Positions 39,106 through 51,370 of a DNA stretch of 64,000 bases are shown piece after piece. The position numbers and the translations under genes are program-made. Position 1 is the stretch's first letter; every line of letters begins with the position of its first letter. The DNA is taken from contig CM059431.1 of the NCBI GenBank assembly GCA_030390025.1, forward strand, positions 112,470,001 to 112,534,000. Reading direction: 5' to 3'. The notes under the pieces are model-generated. The model was not told the DNA's origin and made no database searches. It saw nothing but the letters and a program-made list of their open reading frames with translations. Source of the stretch: Squalus acanthias (lineage: Eukaryota).

Positions 39106-41034
39106 TGCTAAACAACAGAAGCAGCATGCTATAGACCGTGCTAAGTGATCCCACAATCAACGGATCAGCTCATAGATCTGCAGTCATGAATAGTGGTGGA
39201 CATTACACAACTAACGGGAGAAGAAGGCTCCATGAATATCCCAATCCTCAATGATGGTGGAGCCCAGCATGTGAGTGCAAACGACAAGGCTGAAACATTT
39301 GCAATCATCTTCAGCCAGAAATGCCGAGTGGATGATCCATATCAGCCTCCTCCTGAGGTCCCCACCATCACAGAAGCTAGTCTTCAGCCAATTCAATTCT
39401 CTCCACGTGATATCAAGAAACGGCTGAGCGCACTGGATACAGCAAAGGCTATGGGTCCCGACAACATCCCGGCTGTCGTGCTGAAGACTTGTGCTCGAGA
39501 ACTAGCCATGCCTCTAGCCAAGCTGTTCCAGTATAGCTACAACACTGGCATCTATCCGACAATGTGGAAAACTGCCCAGGTATGTCCTGTCCATAAAAAG
39601 CAGGACAAATCCAATCTAGCCAATTAACGCCCCATCAGTCTACTCTCAATCATCAGCAAAGTGATGGAAGGTGTTGTCAACAGTGCTATCAAGCGGCACT
39701 TACTCACCAATAACCTGCTCACAGATGCCCAGTTTGGGTTCAGCCAGGACCACTCGGCTCCAGACCTCATTACAGCCTTGGTCCAAACATGGACAAAAGA
39801 GCTGAATTCCAGAGGTGAGGTGAGAGTGACTGCCCTTGACATCAAGGCAGCATTTGACCGAGTGTGGCATCAAGGAGCCGTAGTAAAACTGAAGTCAATG
39901 GGAATCGGGGGGAAAACTCTCCACTGGCTGGAGTCATACCTAGCACAAAGGAAGATGGTTGTGGTTGTTGGAGGCCAATCATCACAGCCCCAGGACATCG
40001 CTGCAGGAGTTCCTCAGGGCAGTGTCCTAGGCCCAACCATCTTCAGCTGCTTCATCAATGACCTTCCCTCCATCATAAGATCAGAAGTGGGGATGTTCGC
40101 TGATGATTGCACAGTGTTCAGTTCCATTCACAACTCCTCAAATAATGAAGCAGTCTATGCGCGCATGCAGGAAGACCTGGACGACATTCAGGCTTGGGCT
40201 GATAAATGACAAGTAACATTTGCGCCACACAAGCGCCAACAAGAGAGCATCTAAACACTGCCCCTTGACATTCAACGGCATTACCATCATTGAATCCCCT
40301 ACCATCAACATCCTGAGGGTCACCATTGACCAGAAACTTAACTGGACCAGCCACATAAATACTGTGCCTACAAGAGCAGGTCAGAGGTTGGGTATTCTGT
40401 GGCGAGTGTCTCACCTCTTGACTCCCCCATGCCTTTGCTCCATCTACAATGAACAAGTCAGGAGTGTGATAGAATACTCTTCACTTGCCTGGATGAGTGC
40501 AGCTCCAACAACACTCGAAGCTCGACGCCATCCAGGACAAAGCAGCCCGCTTGATTGGCACCTCAACCACCACCTTAAACATTCACTCCCTCCACCACCG
40601 GCGCACCGTGGCTGCAGTGTGTACTATCTACAAGATGCACTGCAGCAACTCACCAAGGCTTCTTCAGCAGCACCTTCCAAACCCATGACCTCTACCACCT
40701 AGAAGGACAAGGGCAGCAGGTGTATGCGAACACCATCACCTGCAAGTTCCCCTCCAAATTACACACCATTCTGACCTGGAAGTATATCGCCGGTCCTTCA
40801 TCGTTGCTGGGTCAAAATCTTGGAACTCCCTCCCTAACAGCACTGTGGGAGTACCTTCACCACATGGTCTGCAGTGGTTTAAGAAGGTGGCTCGCCACCA
40901 CCTTCTCGAGGGCAATTAGGGATGGGCAATAAATGCTGGCCTTGCCAGCGACGCCCACATCCCATAAGGGAATTAAAAAAAAAATTCTGGATGCATGAGC
41001 AAAGATGGGGAAAAATGGCCTCCCCCAACTAGAC

Positions 41035-44000
41035 TTGCACCCTGCAAGTAATAAGTGACCTCCCTATTCTTCCTACCAAAATGTAATGCCTCACATTTAT
41101 CTGTGTTGAACTTCATTTGCCAATTATATGCCCATTCTGCAAGATTATTAATGTCCTCCTGTAATTTGTTGCAGTCCTCCTCAGTATCGACTATCCCCCC
41201 CAATTTGGAGTCATCCACAAATTTAGAAATTGTGTTTTTGATTTCAAAGTCTAAATCATTCATATAAATTGTGAACAGCAGTGGTCTCAGCACTGATCCT
41301 TGTGGAACACTACTACCCACCTTCTGCCACTGTGAGTAGCTACCTTTTACCCCTACTCCTCTGCTTTCTGTCTTGAAGCCAGCTAGCTATCCATTCTGCT
41401 ACTTGTCCCCTAACTCCGCATTCTCTGACCTTGTTCATTAGTCTATTATGGGGTACCTTATCGAAGGCCTTTTGAAAATCTAGATAAATTACATCTACTG
41501 CATTACCATTGTCTATTCTCTGTTACCTCTTCAAAAAATTCAATGAGGTTGGTCAAGCAAGACTTTCCCTTTTGAAATCCATGCTGACTATTCATTACTA
41601 TCTTTTTGGTTTCTAGATGTTCTTCTATTTTCTCCTTTAGTAGGGATTCCATTATTTTTCCTACCACCGATGTTAAGCTGACTGGTCTATAATTCCCTGA
41701 ACATGTTCTATCCCCCTTCTTAAATATAGGTATTACGTTAGCTATCCACCAGTCCTCTGGCACTACACCTTTTTCTAACGAATTATTAAATATATGTAGT
41801 AATGCCTCTGCTATCTCTTCCCTAGATACTTTTAAAATGTGTGTGAATGCAATCCATCTGGACCAGGGGTTTTATCCTCTTTGATTTTGATTAGTTTATT
41901 TAATATATCCCCTCTTTTTATTTTAATTGCACTTATCACATTACTAATCTCATCATCCAATGTCATGTCCACCTGTTCTATCTCCCTGGTAAATACTGAA
42001 GCAAAATAATGATTTAATATTTCTACCATCTCTCTATCGTTACCTATGGTATTATCCTATCTATCCTTAATGGCCCTATTCCCATCCCAACCTTTTTTTT
42101 ATTGATAAGCCTGTAAAATATTTTACTATTTTGTTTATGTTCCTTGATAATTTAATTTCATAGTTCCTCTTTGCCTTCCTAATTTTTTTTTGACTTCATA
42201 TTCTCCCTTATCATGCACTCCCCTGCTGTCTATGTACTTAATGTATGCCTCTTTCCTTACCCTCAATTGTTCCCTTATGGCTTTATTTATCCATGGAGTC
42301 TCATTAGTGTTTAGTTTGTTCTTTCCTTTTAGCAGAATATATTGTTTCTGTTGAACACCGTTTTAAATGTTTTCCATTGCTGTTCTGCATCGTTGTTTGA
42401 AATCAGCTTTTCTCCAATCTATTACCCTGGTTTTTGTCATACTTATGTCCTTCTCAATTAACATCTTAAAGCGTATTATATTATGGTCACTATTGCCTAG
42501 ACATTCCCCTACTTTTACTTCTCTTATCTGCTCTGGCTCGTTCCTCGTTACAAGATCTAATAGAGAATCCTCCCTTGTTGGGCTTTTTACATATTGGGTT
42601 AGAAAGGAGCCCTGTACACATTGTAGGAATTCCATTCCCTTATCCCCTTTACCTACCTCTTCTGTCCAATTAATATCGGGGTAGTTGAAATCCCCCTTGA
42701 TTATTCTATATTTTTTACTCATTTCCCTAATTTGTCTGCATATTTCTTCCTCCACCTCCCTTCCACTATTAGGTGGTCTGTAGACTACACCTATTAGTGT
42801 GATTGATCCTTTATTATCTTTCATCTCTATCCATAAGGATTCTATTTTTGTCTTGCCGATAGTTGTGTCACTTTTTTCTACTGCCATTATGTTATCCCTA
42901 ATAAGTACAGCTACTCCACCTCCCTTTTTCCCCTCTCTATCTTTTCTAAATATGTTATACCCTGCAATGTTTAATTCCCAGTCCTTATTTTTCTGTAGCC
43001 ATGTCTCAGTAATCCCTATTATGTCTGGTTCCTCGCAATGCATGATTGCCTCCAGCTCCCCTGTTTTATTACGGATACTGTGTGCATTCCTGTACAGAAA
43101 GTTTAACTCATTTTTAATAGGATTTCCTCTCACTTTATGTTTAACCATCTTTTTAGACTCCTGTTCTATAACTCTATTTATTCCCTTGCCATCAATGTCC
43201 TACCTTACTTTTTTCTTCCCTATGCTCTCTTTTTCTGTTTTGTTTATAATTAAGCTGGTTACGTTTCTTGTAGATCCCTCCCCCCCCCATCTTACTAATT
43301 TAAAGCCTTTGCCATCTCCCTATTTACCCTTTCCGCTAGGACATGGGTCCCATATGGTTCAGGTGAAGCCCGTCCCATTGGTACAGCTCCTTCCTGTCCC
43401 AGAACTGGTGCCAGTGTCCCATGAAAAGGAACCATTCTTTCCCACACCAGCCCTTTAGCCACATGTCAATTCTCCTGATCTCTCTGCTTCTATACTAATT
43501 TGCATGTGGCTCAGGCAATAATCCAGAGATTATTACCCACGAGGTCCTACTTTTTAATTTAGAGCCTAGCTCCTGATACTCTTTCAGCAGGACCTCCTCC
43601 CTGTTCCTACCTATGTCGCTTGTTCCAACATGGACCACGACAACTGGATTTACCCCCTCCCTTTCCAAGTTCCCCTCCAGCCGTCGTGAGATATCCTTTA
43701 CCCTGGCACCGGGTAGGCAACACATCATCCGGGATTCTCATAAGAACAAAAGAAATAGGAACAGGAATAGGCCACTTGGCCCCTCGAGCCTGCTCCGCCA
43801 TTCAATAAGATCATAGCTGATCTAGGGCTCAAAGGCACTTCCCAGCCCGCTCCCCATAACCCTTCACTCCCTTATCTTGCAAAAATGTGTCTATCTCCAC
43901 TTTAAATGTATTTAATGACCCAGCCTCCACAGCTCTCTGGGGCAGAAAATTCCACAAATTTACGACCCTCTGAGAAGAAGTTCCTCCTCATCTCGGTTCT

Positions 44001-47000
44001 AAAAAGGCGACCCTTTATTCTGAGACTGTGCCCCTGAGTTCTAGATTTCCCCACGAGGGGAAACATCCTCTCTGCATCTACCCTGTCGAGCCCCCTCAGT
44101 ATCTTTTATGTTTCGATAAGATCACCTCTCATTTTTCTAAATTCCAATGAGTATAGGCCCAGCCTGCTCAACCTTTCCTCATAAGTCAAACCCCTCATCT
44201 CTGGAATTAACCTAGTGAATTGTCTCTGAACTGTCTCCAATGCAAGTATATCCTTCCTTAAATGAGACCAAAACTGTACGCAGTACTCAAGGTGTGGTCT
44301 CACCAATACCTTGTGCAGTTGTAGCAGGACTTCCCTGCTTTTATACTCCAACCCCCTTGAAATAAAGGCTAACATTCCATTTGCCTTTTTGATTACTTGC
44401 TGTATCTGCATTCTAACTTTTTGTGTTTCATGCAGAAGGACTCCCAGTTCCCTCTGAACTGTAGCATTTTGTAATCTCTCTCCATTTAAATAATAGTTTG
44501 CTTTTTTATTTTTCCTGCCAAAGTGGATAACCTTGCACTTTCCCACATTATACTCCATCTGCCAATGTTTGCCCACTCACCTAGCCTGTCTATATCCCTT
44601 TGCAGGTTCTTTGAGTCCTCTGCACAACTTGCTTTCCCACCCATCTTTGTATCATCTGCAAACTTGGCTACATTACACTCGATCCCTTCATCCAAGTCAT
44701 TAATGTAGATTGTAAATAGTTAGGGCCCCAGCACCGATCCTTGTGGCACCCCACTAGTTACCGTTTGCCAACCAGAAAATGACCCAGTTATCCCGACTCT
44801 CTGCTTTCTGTTAGTTAGCCAATTCTCTATCCATGCTAATATATTACCCCCAACTCCATGAGCTGTTATCTTATGCAGTAACCTTTTATGTGGCACCTTA
44901 TCGAATGCCTTCTGGAAATCCAAATACACCACATTCACTGGCTCGCCCTTGTCCACCCTGCTTGTTACATTCTCAAAGAACTCCAGCAAATTTGTAAACA
45001 TGATTTCCCTTTCCTAAAACCATGCTGACTCTGTTTGACTGCAGTATGTTTTTCTAAATGCCCTGCTACTGCTTCCTTAATGAAGGACTCCAGCATTTTC
45101 CCAACGACAGATGTTAGGCTAACCGGTCTATAGTTTCCTGCTTTCTGTCTCCCTCCTTTTTTAAATAGGGGTGTTGCATTAGCGGTTTTCCAATCCGCTG
45201 GGACCTCTCCAGAGTCCAGGGAATTTTGGTATATTGCAACCAATGCATCCACTATCTCTGCAGCCACTTTTAAGACCCTGAGATGCAGGCCATCTGGTCC
45301 AGGGGACTTGTCGTCTTTTAGTCCCATTATTTTACCGAGTACTATTTCCTTAGTGATAGTGATTGTCATTAGTTCCCCACTCCCTGTGGCCCCTTGATTA
45401 TCCATTATTGGGATGTGTTAGTGTCTTCTACAGTGAAAACAGATGCAAAATATTTGTTCAGAGTCTCTGCCATTTCCCCGTTCCCCATTATTAATTCCCC
45501 AGTCTCATCCTCTAAGGGACCAATGTTTACTTTAGCTACTCACTTCCTTTTTATATACCTGTAGAAGCTTTAATGTTTCTTGCCAGCTTACTCTCATAAT
45601 TCAACTTCTCTCTATTATTTTTTTAGTCATCCTTTGCTGGTTTTTAAACATTTCCCAATCCTCTGGTCTCCCACCAATCTTGGCAATATTGTATGCCTTT
45701 GTTTTCAATTTGATACCATCCTTTACTTCCTTAGTTAGCCACGGATGGTGCTCCCTTCTCTTAAAATCTTTCTTTCTCACTGGAATATATTTTTGTTGAG
45801 AGTTATGAAATATCTCCTTAAATGTCCACCACTGTATTTCAACTTTCTTACCCTTTAATTTGTTTTTCCAGTCCACTTTAGCCAGTTCTGCCCTTATGCT
45901 ATTATAATTGCCCTTGTTTAAGATCAGGACACTGGTTTGGGATACAATTTTCTCACCCTCCAATTCAACCATGCTATGATCACTCTTTCCTAGAGGATCC
46001 TTAACGATGAGATCATTTATTAATTCTGTCTCATTACATAGTACCAGATCCAAGATAGCCTGCTCCCTGGTTGGTTCCATTACATACTGTTCTAGGAAAA
46101 CATCCCGGATACACTATGAATTCCTCCTCCAGGCTACCATGGCCAATTTGATTTGTCCAATCAATATGGAGATTAAAATCACCCATGATTATTACTGTAC
46201 CTTTTTTACAGGCCTCCATTATTTGTTGATTTATTCTCTGTCCAACAGCATTGCTATTGTTCAGGGGCCTGTAGACTACACCCACCAGAGACTTTTTCCC
46301 CTTATTATTTTTTATCTCCACCCAAACCGATTCTACATCTTGATCTTCTGAGCCAATATCACTTCTCACCACTGCACTGATCCCATCCTTTACCAACAAA
46401 GCCACCCCACCTCCCTTTCCTTTCTTTCTATCCTTCCGAATTATCATATACCCTGGAATATTCAGTTCCCAGCCCTGGTCGCCTTGCAACCACGTCTCTG
46501 TAATGGTGATCAGATCATACCCATTTGTATCTATTTGTGCCGTCAACTCATTTATTGTGTTACGAATGCTGCATGCATTCAGATATAGAGCTTTTAACTT
46601 TGTCTTTTTACCATTCCTCCTTGTTTTGGCTTTTTTTTCCGTTACACTCTTATTTTTAAACATTCTGTCCCTTCCTGTCACACTCTTGTTATTATTTCCC
46701 CCATCTCTAGCCTGCTCTATTGCTTTCTCATTTCTCATTGACTTTTTATTTTCCCGCTCACCTGGATCCTCCCCCCGCCCCCCCACTATTTAGTTTAAAG
46801 CCCTCTCTATAGCCCTAGTTATTCAATTTGCCAGGACTCTAGCCCCAGCATGGTTCAAGTGAAGCCCGTCCAAACGGAACAGCTCCCTCTTATCCCAGTA
46901 CTGGTGCCAGTGCCCCACAAATCGAAACCCATTTCTCCCACACCAGTCTTTGAGCCACTCATTCATTTCTCTGATCTTATTTACCCTATGCAAATTCGCT

Positions 47001-48075
47001 CGTGGCTCAGGTAGTAATCCAGAGATTATTACCTTTGTGGTTCTGCTTTTTAATTTAGCCCCTAGCTGCTCATACTCTCAGCAGAACCTGTTTCTTTGTC
47101 CTACCTATGTCATTGGTACCTACGTGGACCATGACAACTGGATCTTCCCCCTCCCATTCCAAGTTTCTCTCCAGCCCAGAGGAGATGTCCTTAACCCTGG
47201 CACTTCGGGACTCACGCTCTCGGCTGCAGAGAACAGTATCTATCCCCCTCACTATACTATTCCCAATCACTACAACATTTCTTTTTGCTTCCCCCACTTG
47301 AATGGCTCCCTGTACCACGGTGCTGTGGTCAGTTTGCTCATCCTTCCTGCAGTCCCTGGCCTCGTCCACACAGGGAGCAAGAATCTCATACCTGTTGGAC
47401 AAGGCCAAGGGCTGAGGCTCCTCCACCACTACCTCCTGGATCCCAATACCTGCCTCGCTTGTAGTCACACCCTCCTGTCCCTGACCATGGGCCAAATTGG
47501 AAGTAATTATTCCAGTGGGTGTGACTTGTTCTTGGCTGCAGAGGATGCTATCTAGCCCCCTAATTATAGAGTCCCTTATCACTACCACATTTCTATTCTG
47601 CTCTTCGCACCCCCCCCCCCCCACCCCCCACCCTTGGATAGCCTTCTGAGCCATGGTGCCTTGGTCTGCATTGTGGCTGTCTTCCCTGTAGTCTTTCTCC
47701 TTGTCCTTACAGGTAGCGAGTACTTCGTACCTGTTGGACAGGACCAGTGTCTGTGGGACCTCCTTCTCAACCTCTTCTAAATCCCCGCTACCCGGCTCCC
47801 CAGCAGTCACACCCTCCCCTTCCTGAACCTGTGCTTTCCTCTGGGGTGTGACTGCATTCTGGATAAAACCGTCCAAAAATTCCTCCCCCTCCTTTATGTG
47901 TCAGAGTGTCTCCAACTCGCCCTCCAGCTCAATGACTCTGAGCCGGAGAGATTCGAGATGGAGACATCTCCTGCAGACATATTTGCTCGGAACAGTCTCG
48001 CTGTCCACAAACTCCCACATACTGCAGTCCACACAACCTGCCCTGCCATATCTTAGTCTAGCCTTTTTTTATTCA
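41035..48075 (-). mobile_element. CR1 LINE (3' end missing) interrupted in ORF1 by a second CR1
   Basis: ORF1 start ~48049; ORF1 continues 43735-43300; APE ORF 42363..43148; RT pieces to 41035. Confidence 0.85.
43738..47525 (-). mobile_element. 5'-truncated CR1 LINE nested in the previous CR1
   Basis: Tail CATAAGAACAAAAGAAATAGG on +; ORF2 pieces 46786-44106; ORF1 esterase region to ~47525. Confidence 0.88.
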
Positions 48076-49795
48076 ATTTGGGGCATGCCACTGTTGGACA
48101 ATTGACCAAATAAGTTCCATCAGCCTGAAGTCTTAGACCCAAGAGAGCTTACCTATCCTCCTTCGGAGTGATGGACACTTATATTCCAGGGGCAATGCTG
48201 GGTGGACAACCTGGTTGCACTGCTACAGGCATGAGCAGCCAACCCTATTATTTAAATGACTGGCTGCAGAATTTGGGACAGAGTCAATGCCAGGACAGAG
48301 TGGCAGATGGAAGATTTGGAGCCACAGAATTTGTTCCCTATTAACTTTAACACAAAAGATTACAGTTTGCTAAACAGAGCACTTCATGTAACCTTGTTTT
48401 GATGAAGCCCTGTGAAACTGTTCTGTAACTTCAGCGAGCATTTCCACCTACACTAGAGAGCATGAGTAACATCCTGGTATCAGTTTCTCTTGCAAAATAG
48501 TATCTAAATTAAGCAATTACAGATAGCGAGTGGAAAGTCTGTGAAGCAGACAAAGATTTGAGGAACTGAATTAGACAAATTAGGAACAGACAATGATAAG
48601 TCATGACTCAATGGACTCGCCAAGAGGAGAGGCCAGATATATACAAGAAAGCAGATCTGGATTATAATACATCCTTTGTTATATCTTGGATTTTGGCTGG
48701 TGCCCAAACATCACATTATAAGGGTTCATTTTATGTCAACTTATTTGAGTTCTGTCTGATCACAAACTTATCTTCTGCTGCCTTATACAGTGTTTTCTGA
48801 GGAAATCTTAGCTAGCTCACTGAGATAGTAATGACATTTAGTCTATGAAATATAAAAAAATTATTGGCCTGAACTATTTTATCCCACGGATGGGCTCAGA
48901 CTGTCTCCCTGATTCCAGGACTCTGCTATACACTGAACTAAGGAATGGGGCGGGGTTGGGGTGGAGGGGGAGAGAGTGGTGTGTGTGTGGAAGCCACAGG
49001 ATAATCCTGGGGGGAAAAAAGGAAGCATGTAGCTTGTGAGAGATTCAGTAAGCAATCTATGAAATTTGAGTGCAACAGGAAAATTTAGGACAGCCGAGGC
49101 ACTTTCTAGAAGTTGAGAAGTGGTAACGATAAAATTCTCCTCGTTGAATCTTCAAGAAAGATCAGGAATTTTTAGTTCTGGTTGGATTGATGACTGAGTT
49201 CCCTCGTTTATGGTGTAAACGTTTTGGGACGGCCCTCTTAATGGCTCAGTGTGTAAATGCACCACGCAATGTGGCATTCAGCATGCCTACCAGGAAGGTC
49301 TCGGGTTCAATTCATGGTCTGTGCTGGGCCAGGCCACCTCATCTCGGACAATGGTAGGGGTGCAACCGTTGGCCTCAAAGAACCTGGTTTTGGGAGGGGG
49401 AAAATTAGCCATGGTACAAGTCTGATTATGTATTCTTCATTGATGCCCTCATGGTCAAATAATCTGTCTGGGCTTTGAACAATGTCCACTTGGATAAAAT
49501 GAAGGTTAAGGGCTGATGCACCCATAGAAAATTAATTCTGGCCACCCATCTGGCAAGCCAGAAGTTGCGATTTCAAATCTCACCATGGCATGTTGTGAAA
49601 TTGAATTCAATAAATATGCGGGCTACTTCAAGGAAAAATAATCATAAAAGCTGCTGAATTATTGTAAAAACCCAGCTGGTTCACTAATATCCTTCAGAAA
49701 AAAAAGAGTCTGCCACCCCTACCCATCTAGCCTACATATGACTCGAATCCAACACTATGTGGTTCAACCTTAATGCTACAAAGTCCACCTCATTA

Positions 49796-51370
49796 ACATA
49801 CATAGATACATAGAAGATAGGAGCAGGAGTAGGCCATCCGGCCCTTCGAGCCTGCTCCGCCATTTAATGAGATCATGGCTGATCCTCCAATTCAGTATCC
49901 CGTCCCCGCCTTCTCTCCGTAACCCTTAACCCCTTTTGCCTGTAGAAATATATCTAATTCCCTCTTAAATATATTTAATGAGCTGGCGTACACTGCCCTC
50001 TGTGGCAATGAGTTCCACAGGTTCACCACCCTCTGAGTGAAGAAATTCCCCCTCATTTCTGTCCTAAATGGTTTAGCCCTTATCCTTAAATTATGTCCTC
50101 TAGTTCTGTTCTCACCCGCCAAGGGAAACATTCCTTCTGCATCTAGTCTGTCTAGACCTGTCAGAATTTTATACACTTCTATGAGGTCCCCTCTCAATCT
50201 TCTAAACTCCAGTGTGTACATCCCTAAACTACATAGTCTCTCCTCATAGGTCAATCCTGCCATTCCTGGTATCAGCCTGGTGAATCGCCGCTGCACCCCC
50301 TCCATGGCAAGAACATCTTTCCTCAGATGAGGCGACCAAAACTGTACACAGTACTCAAGGTGTGGTCTCACCAGTGCCCTGTACAGCTGCAGCAAGGTAT
50401 CCCTGTTCCTGTATTCCAACCCTTTTGCTATGAAGGCCAGCATACCGTTTGCCTTCTTGACCGCCTGTTGCACCTGCATGCTCGCCTTCAGTGACTGGTG
50501 TACAAGAACACCCAGGTCTCTCTGTACTTCCCCCTCTCCCAATTTATTGCCATTTAAATAATAATTTGCCCTCCCGTTTCTGCACCCAAGGTGGATAACT
50601 TTGCACTTGTCCACATTATAGTGCATCTGCCATTTATCCGCCCAATCACCCAGTCTGTCCAAATCGCTCTGGAGCTTCCTGGTCTCCTCCTCTGAGCCCA
50701 CCCCCCCTCCTAGTTTAGTGTCATCTGCAAATTTGGAAATGCTGCATCCGACTCCCTGATCCAGGTCATTAATGTAAATTGTGAACAGCTGGGGACCCAG
50801 GACAGATCCCTGCGGTACCCCACTTGTTACTGCCTGCCATTCAGAAAATGAGCCGTTTATTCCAACTCTCTGTTTTCTATCTGACAGCCAGTTCTCTATC
50901 CACGTCAATACTTTCCCCTTTATCCCATGAGCTTCAATTTTCCATGCTAATCTTTTATGTGGGACCTTGTCGAAGGCCTTTTGGAAGTCCAGGTACACCA
51001 CATCTACTGGCTCTCCCCCATCTATTTTACCAGTTACTCCCTCAAAAAATTCCAATAGATTAGTCAAGCACGATTTACCCTTTGTAAATCCATGTTGACT
51101 CTGTCCTATCCTGTCCCCATTTGCTAAGTGCTCCGCTATTTCATCCTTAATGATGGACTCCAGCATTTTGCCCACAACTGCTGTAAGGCTTACAGGTCTG
51201 TAATTACCTGCTTTTTCCCTACCCCCCTTTTTGAATAGTGGGGTAACGTTAGCTACCCTCCACTCCATGGGCACTGTTCCCGAGTCTAATGAATTCTGAA
51301 AAATCATACTTAGTGCATCCGCTATCTCTAGGGCCACCTCCTTCAGTACCCTAGGATGCATGTTATCAGG
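49796..51370 (-). mobile_element. Young 5'-truncated CR1 LINE
   Basis: Uninterrupted RT ORF, 3' UTR hairpin and CATAGATA-type tail. Confidence 0.93.
49892..51361 (-). CDS. CR1 ORF2 RT and C-terminal region (489 aa, open but lacking the endonuclease)
   Basis: YRPVSL, QHGF, DFQKAFD, GVPQGSVLGP, FADD and natural stop; no disablement. Expression not shown. Confidence 0.6.
   Translation of the reverse strand: MHPRVLKEVALEIADALSMIFQNSLDSGTVPMEWRVANVTPLFKKGGREKAGNYRPVSLTAVVGKMLESIIKDEIAEHLANGDRIGQSQHGFTKGKSCLTNLLEFFEGVTGKIDGGEPVDVVYLDFQKAFDKVPHKRLAWKIEAHGIKGKVLTWIENWLSDRKQRVGINGSFSEWQAVTSGVPQGSVLGPQLFTIYINDLDQGVGCSISKFADDTKLGGGVGSEEETRKLQSDLDRLGDWADKWQMHYNVDKCKVIHLGCRNGRANYYLNGNKLGEGEVQRDLGVLVHQSLKASMQVQQAVKKANGMLAFIAKGLEYRNRDTLLQLYRALVRPHLEYCVQFWSPHLRKDVLAMEGVQRRFTRLIPGMAGLTYEERLCSLGMYTLEFRRLRGDLIEVYKILTGLDRLDAEGMFPLAGENRTRGHNLRIRAKPFRTEMRGNFFTQRVVNLWNSLPQRAVYASSLNIFKRELDIFLQAKGVKGYGEKAGTGY

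Larger units (their letters stand above)
35718..40984 (+). mobile_element. APE-RT LINE (CR1/Jockey supergroup, possibly Zenon-like) with tRNA-like head and no ORF1; interrupted by hAT
   Basis: A box 35723-35733, B box 35786-35797; APE QQPDIVILTESYL; RT ALDIKAAFDRVWH, GVPQGSVLGP, MFADD; A-tail 40975-40984. Clade assignment tentative. Confidence 0.85.
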
